Below, one piece after another: positions 13,901 to 27,600 of a DNA stretch of 64,000 nucleotides. Origin of the DNA: the human T2T-CHM13v2.0 reference genome, Homo sapiens; the NCBI RefSeq assembly GCF_009914755.1, contig NC_060930.1. One strand, given 5' to 3'. Positions within the stretch are counted from its first letter, which is position 1. Each line of letters starts with the position of its first letter. Under the pieces are notes generated by a model. It worked only from the letters and a program-made list of their open reading frames with translations. It did not search any database and was not told the DNA's origin. A program made the translations under genes and the position numbers.

Positions 13901-14773
13901 CGTTCTGCCAAATATTTTTACTCCCTGATCAAAGAATATAAGAATGATGCCAAAAAAAAAGTCCCTCACCACAGCAGCGTCACCTTGTAGTATTTATTCC
14001 CACTGAAAATCACATTATGTATTTTTTTATGTGTTCATCATTTCTCTCCATGAGATGATATGCACCATGAGTAATGGTATAGTTTATGCATTATTCATGG
14101 TACTTTGAACAGTAAACATAGTTGGAACTCAATAAATATCTGCTAAATGAATAAATAAATGATCTGACTGGGATTTTCTTTGGAGCAATGGCTTAGAATT
14201 TCCAGAGAAGAATCTCCAGTCTCTGACCTGGAAAGTAATCATCATGCTTTGGATATTCAGGGCCCAGGACAGAGGAGCATGGCTAAATTTTCACTATATC
14301 TCTGTCTTTCCAACCATGAAGCTCACCTTCCTGTACCTTCTCTTCCCTGTACCTGATGTCCCAGAACTCTCAGAACTTTTGAGGGCTTGTTTTTTTAATA
14401 TATTCTCCCTCATGGAGGCAATTTAGCTGAAAGCTCCTTCCACTCTGCTAAATTAGTTGCCATTCCTCCATCTGCTTTCTTCTCAAAATGTGTTAAAATC
14501 TCTTGACAGGTGATATCTTCTCTCTATTCTCTTCTACCATGGTTTATACCTTGTTATATTTTTACTTTTAGGAATGAGAGTAAATTCATATGGCCAATGT
14601 GTCATATCTAAAACAGGAATGTAAATATGTAGAAGGTAAAAGGTAGATGACCTCAGCCTCAGAGATAATATCAGGTAATCAATTAAGCAAGAGCTTATGA
14701 TATTAATCACATGTATAATTGTTTTAAAAGATAAACCACAGTGTAAGTAGTAGGGGCAAAAGGGGTGATCCAG

Positions 14774-14838
14774 GAGTCCTTTACAGAAATGCACCTAAAG
14801 TATAGAAACCAGAGTCCTTCACAGAAATGCACCTAAAG
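14774..14838. repeat. 27-bp direct duplication (period 38)
   Basis: gagtccttYacagaaatgcacctaaag at 14774 and 14812. Confidence 0.92.
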
Positions 14839-15257
14839 CATCCCACTTAATATAGGGGAACACAGTATGCTAGATATAAATGAATAGAATTGTATAAACA
14901 CTTTTACAGGGTGTACTCTGAACTTGCCACTTTAGAGGCAGCTTTGCACAACAGAGGCATTTTAACTCGAAGCCAAAAGATACGGGTTCCAGTCCCACCT
15001 ATGATAGATCTATGTGAATATCAGCAAATTACTACAGAACTCTGCATCTTTTACCTTGCACATTTGCTGTAAGGGTCAAATAACTCACAAACTTCTTGGT
15101 AGACTGCAGAGTACTCTTCAGTTTTCTTGGTTATTACACTGAAGAAGGAAAATATTATCTTGAGAGTTATCAACGTTTTAATTTCTGAGAGAAATAGGTT
15201 CCATATGAAACGTCTCTATCAGTACAAGCAGAATCTGAAGGAATCCCTAAAAGGTAT

Positions 15258-16200
15258 TGTATTCATTTTTTTTCAACAAATTATATGCCAGGCACTGTGC
15301 CAGGTGCTAGAGAATGGTCATTAGGGCAGGTACGTTCTTGCCCTTATGGACCCTAGGGTCTAATGTGAAGATGTTAGTTAACAATCACATAAAGAAATGG
15401 ATCATTCATGCTGAGATAAGCGCTCTGAAGGAAAGAAGCACAGCACTCTAAAAGTGTATCCCAGAGGAACTAACGAGGTCTTGCACTGGCACAGGAGGGA
15501 TGCGGCTGGCAGTGTATATGGCAGATAAATCAGCACATGCAAAGACCCTGGGAATATGACAACAGTTGTAAACTCAAAGAAGGAGAGAAAGTTAGCATGG
15601 CTGGAGACAGAAGACTCAGGAGTGAAGGAAAAGCCTTGAGGTAGGTTGACCTTGAAGGCCAGGCTAAGAATACTGACCTTCATCCTGAAAGGAATGGGAA
15701 GCTTTGGGTGGGTTTTACACATACCATATTTGAGCTTTGAAACCAAAAAACTAAAGCACTTCAAGCTTCAAAGTGAAATGCATTGAAGAACAGCAAGAGA
15801 GGACCAGTCGCAGACCAAGACAGAGACAACTGCAATAGTCGAGATGAGAGATGCCTGAAGCTTGGAGCAGGGATAAAAGTGAGCTGTCAAATAGGAGAGA
15901 TATTTAGGACGTAACATCATCAGGATTAGCTACAGAATGATTGGGTGAGGGAGAAGGAGAGCTTCTGAGTGGAAAAACTGGATGTAGGGTGGTTTGGTTC
16001 AGGAATACAAGAAATAATGGAAGGAGACCTGGTTAGCAGATGGCTTTCTATATCATGAGACATCAAGAGGAGACATCAGTTACCTACCTCAGAGAGGCTG
16101 CTTGGATCAGGGGTAGAATGTTCATAGTTGTTAGTGTACAGGTGGCAATTAAAGGTTTGGATGAGATTGCTTAGGAGGAGAATGAAGAGGGAAATAAGAG
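15258..16200 (-). mobile_element. L2 LINE 3' portion
   Basis: attcatt…caacaaattatatgccaggcactgtgccaggtgctag followed by typical antisense L2 body. Confidence 0.75.
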
Positions 16201-16344
16201 GAATATATGAGTGAAAATGCACTCACTTTTATAATTTAATTCAATCCTCCTAGTCCTCCCAATTTTAAGATTTGCCTTCTCATCGGGAATGTGGATTTTC
16301 CATAGGTGTGATTTCACTTTTATACATTCTCACTGAGAAATAAA

Positions 16345-16413
16345 AGATTGGTTTCTTCAAAGTTATGTACAATAGCAAATTGGTTTCTTCAAAGGTATGT
16401 ACAATAGCAGATT
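16345..16413. repeat. Tandem duplication, 2.1 x 32 bp
   Basis: attggtttcttcaaagKtatgtacaatagca at 16347 and 16379. Confidence 0.95.
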
Positions 16414-16743
16414 CCCAGCACATGTGTATCAAGAATACAAAATAGGAAACAACAGACAGGCAACTAAGAGAGGCTATTAGCTGTAGGTTCTAAGAGTTAT
16501 TAAAAATTGAGAGATGAGGAATAAGAAAAAAATGATTTTCCCTGAAACAGCTTTTAAAATACTTTTGCGTAGAGAACCCCAGATGCCATCAATCAGGAAA
16601 ATGATCTCTGGCAGAGAAGAATATGGTTGATGTAAATAATTAATGAATGAAGACAGAAGCAGAATATGGAAGCAGGAGGTGCTCTTGGAGGAACTTTCTG
16701 CTGGAAAGTTCAAGCAACAGCTAAACGATTTCTTCCTCGTTGA

Positions 16744-17031
<288 letters not shown>

Positions 17032-17839
17032 TAATGAAAACCTCTAGAGAAAAAAATAACATGGCAAGGTCATTATCTAACACATAGTCCTCAATAAATT
17101 CATTCAGGGAAAAACAATAGAAGTCCGCTCCTTGTTTTGGTCAGCACTCAACAACGATGAATACTAGAGGTGATTCTAATGCTTCCATGGCACACACAGG
17201 CATCTGAACGACTCAAATATTTGTTCCTAGAGATGCTCCAAGTGACCTATGTGACACTAAAAATTGTTCTCTAACTCCACAGGAAGTGCACACATAAAAG
17301 TCCTCACATAAATAAAACAACAAAACATTTATTGGCTAGCTTCCTTTAACTTTAACCCAACATTTATTCAAAAGTTAAAGTTAGAAAGAAAAAAATCATG
17401 CTCTAGAGTGTCCATTGGTTTATGAAGCCCAGTATATTATCTGACGATTAACAATCTGATTAGGGATTTCTCTTTTCCCAGTATCAGAATAATTTCATTT
17501 CATTTCAAATTCAAATAGGGAGAAAAGGCCCTGATATGTATTGACTTTGTATTGGAAACTACATCCGTATGTTTATATGTCAAAAGCATGACAATTCCAT
17601 TCAAAATTGGATATATTGAAGATCAAATATGGAGACAAAAATGTTGTGACTAAGATAGAAGGCTTACAATAAATTATCTTCATTACTTTGTTACCCTATT
17701 TTCCTACTAATGAATTACACAATGTTCTTTAAGATGATTTATAAGTTGTAGTTACAAACTTTAACTGCACTTAGTATCAGCTTATAAAGGTTTAATTTAC
17801 CATAATAACTATTTTGTGTAAGCTTTAGTGTTTTGGGGG

Positions 17840-18155
<316 letters not shown>

Positions 18156-18914
18156 TATCTTTAGCTTTATATATAAATATATAAATAAATAATTTGGTGT
18201 GCTTCATCAAAAGTCATCAATATCTTTAGAAGCAATGCTGTTTCTAAACATGAAACATGAAAATCACCAGTTACCAGCAGACTTGGCCAACGTGTTCACT
18301 GACTGTCAAATTGCATCATAATTAGATAATTAATACATGCCGAAGATATTAGCAACTCAAAAATCCCTATTTGTGATGATAAGCAACTTAGCTGAGGGAG
18401 GCAGCTTATCTGATTTTGAGGTTTCACAATTTAATAATAAGAAGGTGGGATATATGTGACCTCGTGGCACAATGGTAGTACATCTGACTCCAGAAAGTGG
18501 GGTATATGCCACTTTGTAATAGTCAAGACACATATTCACTATAAACCTGAAAACATAAGAATGTTTTTGGAAACATTTTTAACAAAATCATTCCTGAATC
18601 TTTAAGTACATTATTATTTTACTTTTTTTGGAAGAGGAGGAGCCTTCCCTTGGCTCACCAATTAAAAACTTATGAGCATCTCTGCATGGCTTTGGGTGAA
18701 TAACTTTTTTACCTCTATGTGTCATAAGAAATTATGTTAACAACAATAATAATCAGGAATATAATATCAAATTTTAGTGATCCTTTTTAGAATGCTGAAA
18801 ATCAGGCAGTAGGGAGTAAACTGTAGAAGAGAAAAGATGTTAGTCTACATATGGTCCTCAGATCGGCCTATACTCCCAAATTCAGAGAAACTGCCATATA
18901 CAGTATAGTATAAC

Positions 18915-19613
18915 CAGTGGTATGCTGGTTAGCAGCTCTCAGCAGGTGTTAGACAGAATAATACAATTCACCCTCACTCCTACCCGAGTCCCACCAAGGA
19001 TATCCATGCCCTAAACCCTGAAACCTGTGAATACATTACTTTACAAGGCAAAAGAAACACTGCAGATGCGATTACATTAAGGACTTTAAAATGAGAAGAT
19101 TATTCTGGATTATCCAGGTGTAACACAAAGCTACAAGAGGGAGGCAAGAGGATCAGACTCAGAGAAGGAGGTGTGTTATTGGAAGCAGAAGTCAAAGAGA
19201 TGGGTAGTGAAATATTAAGATTTACAGTGTTGGCTTTGAAGTTGGAGGAAGGGGCTACAAGTCAAGGAATGCAGGCAACCTCTAGAAGCTGGAAAGACAA
19301 GGAAATGGATTCTTCTCAAGAGCCTCCAGAAGGAATACATGACTGCTGACACCTAGATTTTAGGACTTCCGACCTCCAGAACTCTAAGATAATACATTTG
19401 CATTGCTTTAAAACACTAAGCTTGTGGTAAATTGTTAGGAATTTAATTTAAATTAGTTAAATAGGAAACTAATACTCTAGGAAAACAAACAAGCCTGATT
19501 TATAGTTTGTTCATTTCCATGTTGTTAGTACTCCCATGGCCAATTTAATCCATGTTGTTAAATGCTGCACACAATTGGTGGAGCGGGTAAGTGCCCACTT
19601 CAGCATATTACTG
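18915..19613. mobile_element. MER63A-like hAT element split by an MLT1D LTR; 8-bp TSD
   Basis: TIRs cagtggtatgctgg / tcagcatattactg. TSD agtataac (18907-14) / ggtataac (19614-21). Confidence 0.8.
18945..19475 (+). mobile_element. MLT1D-type MaLR solo LTR
   Basis: aacctgtgaatacattactttacaaggcaaaag…gattattctggattatccaggtg…caaggaatgcaggcaacctctagaagctggaaag…ggaaactaatac. Confidence 0.85.
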
Positions 19614-20381
19614 GGTATAACTACAAAATGGCACCAATAACACAGACTGCCTATACAAACCTGGCACAAGACTTTCATGTGATTTGATATGGTAATTAAT
19701 TTATCATTGGTACTTTAAAATTTACTCCCTCTGACCAATGTGCTGATTGCCCAGTATGCCTGTGTCACCTTTCTTTAGGTTCCATTCACACTATGTGCCT
19801 CACAAAGATAGCTGCTTTTCCTAGGATACTGAATATTACCACAGTGATAAAAGTGCTGAGCCTAACCATCTGGGTAACCAATCCAATGGTAACTCCACAA
19901 ACAAATTATCTCAAAACAAAACTTCTCCTTGGTCTGAATCCCACAATTTCTGGTGTCCTGAGAGTGGGTGCAGTAATGGTGGCAGCTGAGGGAGAGGTGT
20001 CTGTGAAGCAAACTCAGAGACAGGTCTCCTGAGGCCCATGCAGAAACACTCTGGGGAGACCTTACATGACAGTTTTTTTTGGAATGAGGAAGGAATATTT
20101 GGAGGGCTGCTTATGGGAGCCTCCATGTCACTAAGCACAGACTGCCCCAAAGCAGCTCATAAAGAGAGGACTTGAAGAACTGCAGCCTCCTCATTTAGAA
20201 TGGAGGAAAGAAAAGAACTCAGAATGAGATGTAGAGAATGGGATTATAACTTTCTTTTCTTCATGCTTCTTCTAGAGACCCACCCCAGGAGATTCTTATC
20301 CTAAGATGAGGTCCTAGAACAGATTATTGAGAAATGCCCAGGCAACTCCTCTCATCTGTAGTTTGAAACCATCAACTGGGC

Positions 20382-20591
20382 CAGTGATTCTCAAGCAAGG
20401 TGATTTTGCCCCCCAGGGGACATCTGGCAATGTCTGGGGCCATTTTGGGTATTCATGATGGGGAATGGCATACTGTCAGCCAGTGGGTAGAGGCCAGGGA
20501 TACTACTAAACATCCTACATGGCACAGGGCAGCCCGCACACAAAGAATTATCAGTCAGAAACGTCAGTAATTCTGAAGTGGAGAAACCCTG
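20382..20591. mobile_element. MER20 (hAT-Charlie)
   Basis: cagtgattctcaa…gattttgccccccaggggacatctggcaatgtctgg…gtagaggccagggat…gagaaaccctg. Confidence 0.9.
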
Positions 20592-21693
20592 AATGAGATT
20601 GTGCCATGAGAAGTTGTGCACCTCCCATATTAGTTATATTTCTGGCAACAAAGTCTCTGACAATTAAATATGTCGTTGCGATGCATTATTTATTCATGAT
20701 GGCCTTCTATATAGATTGGAATATAAATCTTCTCACTTTGTGCCCAGCAATAATTAGTATTATACAAATGACAACCTGTGCCAAAAGAGATTTTTAAAAG
20801 GTTACCATGTATGCTATTGGCTATCATTCTGTCTACAGTGATTATATAGGATTCCCTAAAGAATTATTTTTTGAAATAACTCCTTTAATCATATAAAACA
20901 TTAAGTGTAATAAAGTCATTCATATGAATTCAAATTCTCTTTATAATGATGTTTCTCTTCCAGAGAACTGTCACTTTTCATGTGGCTATTTTGCTATGAT
21001 GCTTCCTGCACTATTTTCTTCAGAAAGAAATGTGCTTGGATTAAGTGAAGAGTCTTCTAAGTAAAATTCTCAAAGTACTTAATGAATATATTTTAAAAAC
21101 CATATTCAGATTTTAAAGGGCTCTGTTCTCATTTACCTTCTCTTTCCCATGCAAATGTTAATTCCTTCTAAAGTAATTGGACCTGCTTAAATTGCCAATC
21201 ACAATTAACGAATACTCAAAATTTGCCATTAGCAAGAATGAAGCACCCGCAGAGGAATGTATCTTCTATTCAGTAGACTTTTGTTTCCTGAAATTAAAAT
21301 TTGAAATGCCTTTAATTACTCACAAAGAAGGCTTGGTCAACCAATCCAGTTTTCTTTAGGAACTGATGCAACGACAGAATGGAAAGCAAAACAGGAAGGC
21401 AAAACTGACTTGTCTTTTCAGAAAACTTCTAAGGATGCTGTACCAACTACAAGTCCAACACTTATCAGGCTTCACATGGAGGCATATGAATGGAATTGCC
21501 AAGTGACTGCATCTAGTCTTTGTAACTATACATCAAACATAAAGGAAAATGGAACTTTCTAGTGAGCACTGGAGAAATGAAGACAAAAGACTGTCAATTT
21601 ATTGGTACAGTAAGGAAATGTGTAGCTGTTCAAGACTCTGTACGCAGGGGAGATAGAAAATGCACTTTCTTCTGGGCTAGTTCTTGTGAATAA

Positions 21694-22167
<474 letters not shown>

Positions 22168-22269
22168 TGAGTTTTAAATGATGCAAGATGCAGATCAGAC
22201 TGATGGGCAGAAACTATTATTATTCCTAGCCAATAGTTACAGTTAACTAGGATCAAGACATCATTGACT

Positions 22270-22460
22270 ATATCACTTATATCCTTACAGGAAACCTATG
22301 AGGTCAATACTGTTACTTGATGCTGTTTTACAGGTGAGGAAATTGATGTTTAGAAAGGTTAAATAAACTGCCTATGGTCGCACAACTAATAAGCAGTGGA
22401 ATTTGGTTTTGGACTTAGACTGATAGATGCTAAGGCCCTCTCTCTCTCAATCACTCTGCT
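22270..22460 (-). mobile_element. MIR
   Basis: tttacaggtgaggaaattgatgtttagaaaggttaaataaactgcc. Confidence 0.7.
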
Positions 22461-24609
22461 ATATCATTTCCCTAATTAGAGACAGAATGACCCTTGTGGG
22501 GATGAGGCTTGAGTTCTTAGATAATAAAAACAGAACCAACCCCTCCAAAGTACCAGTAACTCAAAAGAAAGTTCAGCCTTCCCAGTAGGCACCAATGCCT
22601 TCAGTCACATGTAGACACAGATTATGTGACTGTTGTCTGTCATCTCCAGACACTATAACATTAAACAACTGCCTCATTTTTTTCCAAGCAGATGCTTCCA
22701 TTTATGCTTCAGTTGGAAAAGCATTTGGTTATACTCAGAAGCCATTAGTACTCTTACGGGCTTGAAAGTGCCACGTAAAATAAATTGATCCTATTTGGGT
22801 GTATGCCCTGAACAGGCAATAGGAAAACGAGCCTCCACATTGACCCATAATGTTCCATTTCTGGGCTTGCTCAATCCTTTTTAATGCCCTGCCATCAAGT
22901 TCCAATACAGTTTACAGTTTAGATGCTTATTTAGTTTAACATGGTATAATAACATGTGTTTTGGCTGCTTTTAGCAGATCCTGCATAAATTCCAAGAGCA
23001 TCACTCCCACCCCATATCCTAAAATAAGGGATCTATAGTCACTTAATTTATAAAATACAAGGCATGAAAATATGTCTTGAAATGTTTAAAAATTGGGTAA
23101 AGTCACTGATTAAGGTGTTCACAAACCAAATGTACATTGAGTGCAGATAATAAGGAAACTTTTATTAGGGAGGACTTCAAACTTTGTTGTTGTTACAGTT
23201 GTTGTTTCCAGCTATAAGTACTTTTGACAAAGGGTTGAACAACTTCAAGTGACAGCTCCTGACAAAGTCAATCGTCTCAGGAAAAACCTAGAAAGGCAGA
23301 ATGTTTACAAGTAAAATTCTAAAAAGTATGCCTTGAGCTTGAAAATTAAGAAGGCATCCTATCCCAACTGCTGAGTGGTGACAGAATCTTTACTGTGGTG
23401 ACTTTCTGTAGAGTCCAGACACAGGGGCTATTCTTAGAACAACCAAAAAAAGCATGGAGCTGCCTAAAAATAATGATGACTCAACACCTAGAGGCTTCAA
23501 TGATGTAATGTTGTGAAAGAACACCCTCTCTCCTCACAGGTTGCAGTTTTTAAAATAAGCAAGCTCACAGGTCACCTTCCAAGGAAAGCAAAAATTTCTC
23601 ACACTAAGGAGAAAATTAGGACACATGGGTCACAAATAAAATGTTTCTTTCCCACCTCACCTGTCACTGTGGCTGGGTTTACTTGGAGAAGCAGCCCTGG
23701 CCAGAGTCAAAGGCCATTCTTTCCCTGTCACCCCCACTCATCAGTCATCCTTTCAAAAAAGGCCCTGTGTGACAGGACAACAATGCTGATTACACAAGAG
23801 GAGGGCCTGAAAAGTCCTGACAGCCAGCACATTTTATGACATGGGATGGGTCCATGTGGAGACTGTTGTACAGGTACAAGGCGTAGCTTAAAACAAAGAA
23901 TAAAAACATCTCTCAGAGCTTCTGTGACAGCAGCCATTGAAGCATGGCAGTCATGGCTCTGTGCTATCCCATGGCCATAGGACTCAATAGGGCCACAAGG
24001 TGACCAAGAGCATAAGCCAAGGCACAGCTGCCACTGCAGACACCTCACCAAGCACTCAGAATTCAAGTGAGACATGATCCAAGGAGCATGCAGCTTCATC
24101 CTATAAGAGTGACACATCATGGAGCTCAAGGTCTCCAAGGACAAGAGTACTGCCAGGTTCACCAAGAAAAGGGTGGGGACACATAGCCATGCCAAGCGGA
24201 GGTGAGAGGAGCTGAACAACGTCCTGGTCACCATGAGGAAAGCGGCTACCAGGATACACTGAACTGCCTCCTCGCTCTATACATGATAAAATATAGAAAA
24301 AATATTCCAGAGCCTTCACTCTTCCCTCTTAGTGCCCATGCCCTGAGCGCCTATAATATGCTCCTTCTGCCTCCATCTCTCACTTCACCTAACTTGTACT
24401 ATAATTTTCAGATCTCAGTAAACATTAAGCTTCATGAGGGCTTGCATTTCTTTCATCTTTGTACTCCCAATGCCAAGAGCAATACTTGGGACATGGTAGA
24501 GTTTCAATAATTATTAAATAATTGATGGCTGATTGATTGATTGCTGCAGTACTCTTTCGCTTTGTTAGTGTATTTATAAGTCACTGTTCTTCTCTGGGTA
24601 CTTATATTG

Positions 24610-24666
24610 TATATCTTAGAATATCTTAGGATACATCTTAGGTATATCTTAGAATATAATATCTTT
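24610..24666. repeat. Short tandem repeat (ATATCTTAGR)n, ~5 imperfect copies
   Basis: atatcttaga atatcttagg atacatcttagg tatatcttaga atataatatctt. Confidence 0.85.
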
Positions 24667-27600
24667 CAGGGTTATGTTCATTAAAAAGAAGATTCTTAAT
24701 CAGAAAACAGCCTTTAGGTTTCAAAAGACTCTAGTCCACTGTAGGAGATACTTGGAGACAGGATTTTCCTCACACTACAGAGCCCATTTCTTTGTTCCTA
24801 AGGCTTGCCCTGTTCAGCAAGAAACATGGGCCTGAGACTCAAGGCTGGGTGCATTATAAATAAAGCACAATTTAAAAATGTACCTGATGTAATACACTAA
24901 ATTTTACATGTACAGCTGAGTCTTTTTCAAAAAGGTGAACTTGTTGCAGCAATGCTTTCATTGTGCATTTCTGAAATTCCCAAATATCAGTTCAAAAGCT
25001 CCAAAAGGAAGTCATTCCTAGTGTTTTGTAGCTATTTCTTATTATAGTTTATGTGCATGTTGTGTTTAAATAGAAATTATTTTTACCTGGGTTGGTTACC
25101 TACATGAGTCACCATAGTTAACTCTAAATGACTTGCTTCCACCAATTCAAATCCACTCTATAAATACATACGCTTTGCACCACTCAAGATATTGCAAAAA
25201 ATGAGCAATCAGTGAGTGGTGCCTAAAGAGGAATCACTTTGAAAGGGACCACACTTACTTAGATATGTAAACTCAGAGATGTTTCTGGGGGAAAGACAAC
25301 CCCACTTGAGCTGAAAGCCTGGTTGTCAAGGAGGCTGGGCAAAGGTAGGGCTAGGTAACCAAATGTATACTCACTTTCTCCTCCTCCTTCTAAATTATCA
25401 TGTCCCTACCCTCCCTCCTCCCATATTTAGAACAAGTCTACATATAAAAAGCATGTGTAATAAAAGCTGATTATCACTGCCACATTTATGACACTGAAGA
25501 CTCTCATTCCCTGAAAATTTCTAAAGAGGCTAGTTGAAGAGTGAAACGACTTTCCTTTCATGTGCCCCTTGCAAAGTCGTGAACTTAAGCTGCACAATGG
25601 TAAGTTTTAAGTGGACTTCTGTTCCAAATTCTACAACTTGACGGAACATAATATCAACAAAAAGTAATCTATTTGAGGGAAAGAATAAAACTCTCAAGCA
25701 TCAGGCATTGAAACTATAGCATCTTCCCATGAAATAATGTGTCTCTAAGCCTTTAGAGTTCAAAATCAGACTGATTTATGATGAGGACAAACTTGAATAC
25801 ACATATCCTCAAATGCTTTATAAGTGTTCATTTCCTCACAAATGAATATTAGAATAATGATCACATTTAAGAGTAAAACTTAAAGATAGTTTAATTACCC
25901 AGTGCTTTTCTAAAACCATGTGGACCTAGATGGCACGTGTTCCTGGAAGATGTTGTTGTCAATTGTGATTGCCAAGTTACATTCTTTTCCTTGGAGATGT
26001 TTAAAAACTATTTTTCTAAACCATATGAGTCACGGCAAAAAAAAAAAAAGTTTGTGTGCATGTTATTCTAAAAATATCATATTAACTTAGGTGATTTTTT
26101 TCTATTCACAATGGAATTTAAAACATCTGTAAAACACATCCTTAATGATCACTGGACATCTTCTTTACATGTTAAAAGATGATTGTTAAAGTATTCATTA
26201 AAATGTGAAGAAAGTTTGAAGAGCTAATTCAGAAAAATATCTTATATTACATATATACATAATTAGGTTAGTATATAAGAAATAAAATATCAGGATCAAT
26301 AAGAAAAAAGATAGTTGCTATGACTGAATATTAATTTTTAATTTGAGTTTCCTAGAAGCCAGAGAAAAAGAAAAACACATAAATCACATAATCCTCATAG
26401 TGAGAAAAAAATACCAGTTCCCCAGAGTAAACAAAGTCTTCCTGGAACTAGTTCTAAAAGAAAAGTATCACGTGAACCTTATATGGGAAACAGTGAACAA
26501 GAAGTGTCCTAAAACAATTGAAGAAATAGTTTCCATGTGGAAACTGAGATTAACCTTCCTTAAAACTCAAGGCTATGATATAAAAGCACAACTTTGTTGT
26601 TATAATTCTGCAAGGATCTGCTGAAGTCTTCCTTCCAAATTCCATAGACATGTGCTCTCTAGGTCTACATATTTTTAGAAAAACACCTGGTTATTAGAAA
26701 ACCTCCTTCCTTCCTTGAACCAGAGATAGACAGTCACAGATCTGGGTCGCAGGGAGGGGAATGAAGAAGAATGAGGAAGAGAACATGCTTACTAAGAAGG
26801 TCTAGTATTATGCTGCCTCCTCTGTCTACTTCATCTCATTTAATCACATAAGAAGCCAATAAACAAGGTGTTGTTAACACCATTTTATAAAAAAGGGAAC
26901 TGAGTTTCAAAGATATTTTTAAGTTGGCAAAGATGAAATAACTACTACATTGTCAAGGCAGGATTTGGACCCCAATGCTTCTGAATCCAACACCCACATC
27001 ATGTCTAGAGAGCTGTATTCAACATCTGGGACACCCGAAGAATGAGGAGGTTGCTCTTCCAACCTCAAGACACTTACAATCACCCAGCTGGAATGTAAAG
27101 ACTAGACCATCATATGACACAGTGCATTCTATGTATAAATAATACATTATACTAAATAATTTGGAGTTAATAATAGCTAAAAATTTTTTGGGGGGAAAGG
27201 TAGGTTTTGAACAAAGTATGAGGCATGATATTTGAATATGGTTGATTAAAAAACCTTAACTATCATGTACCTGATCAGCAAGTCTCTCTCTTAAAACACA
27301 GATGAGATTATGGTATTTCTGTTTAAAATAATAGTCAGGCTATATGATAGAACATTCCCAGTAAAATAGAATATTAACAGAAACTGATAAAACTAAAAAA
27401 ATAAACTACACATGTTCTGTTTCTATATATACCCATTTTGCTAAAAGGGGCAGGGGCATATGGTTGAACACCATAAGCACAAAATTATCAATGAACAGGT
27501 AATAAGGAAGTCTATACAGCACACTAATAACCCCACTCTCACAGAGAAAATAGCAGAGGGTATTAATAGAACTGGCACTCAGCCCATCTATATCACACCG

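Noticed and set aside
23728-24234. Longest ORF (168 aa, minus strand, alternative start)
   Set aside because: No recognisable domain, Cys/Leu/Ser-rich random composition and no convincing splice frame. It may overlie an old LTR-like relic that I could not name.
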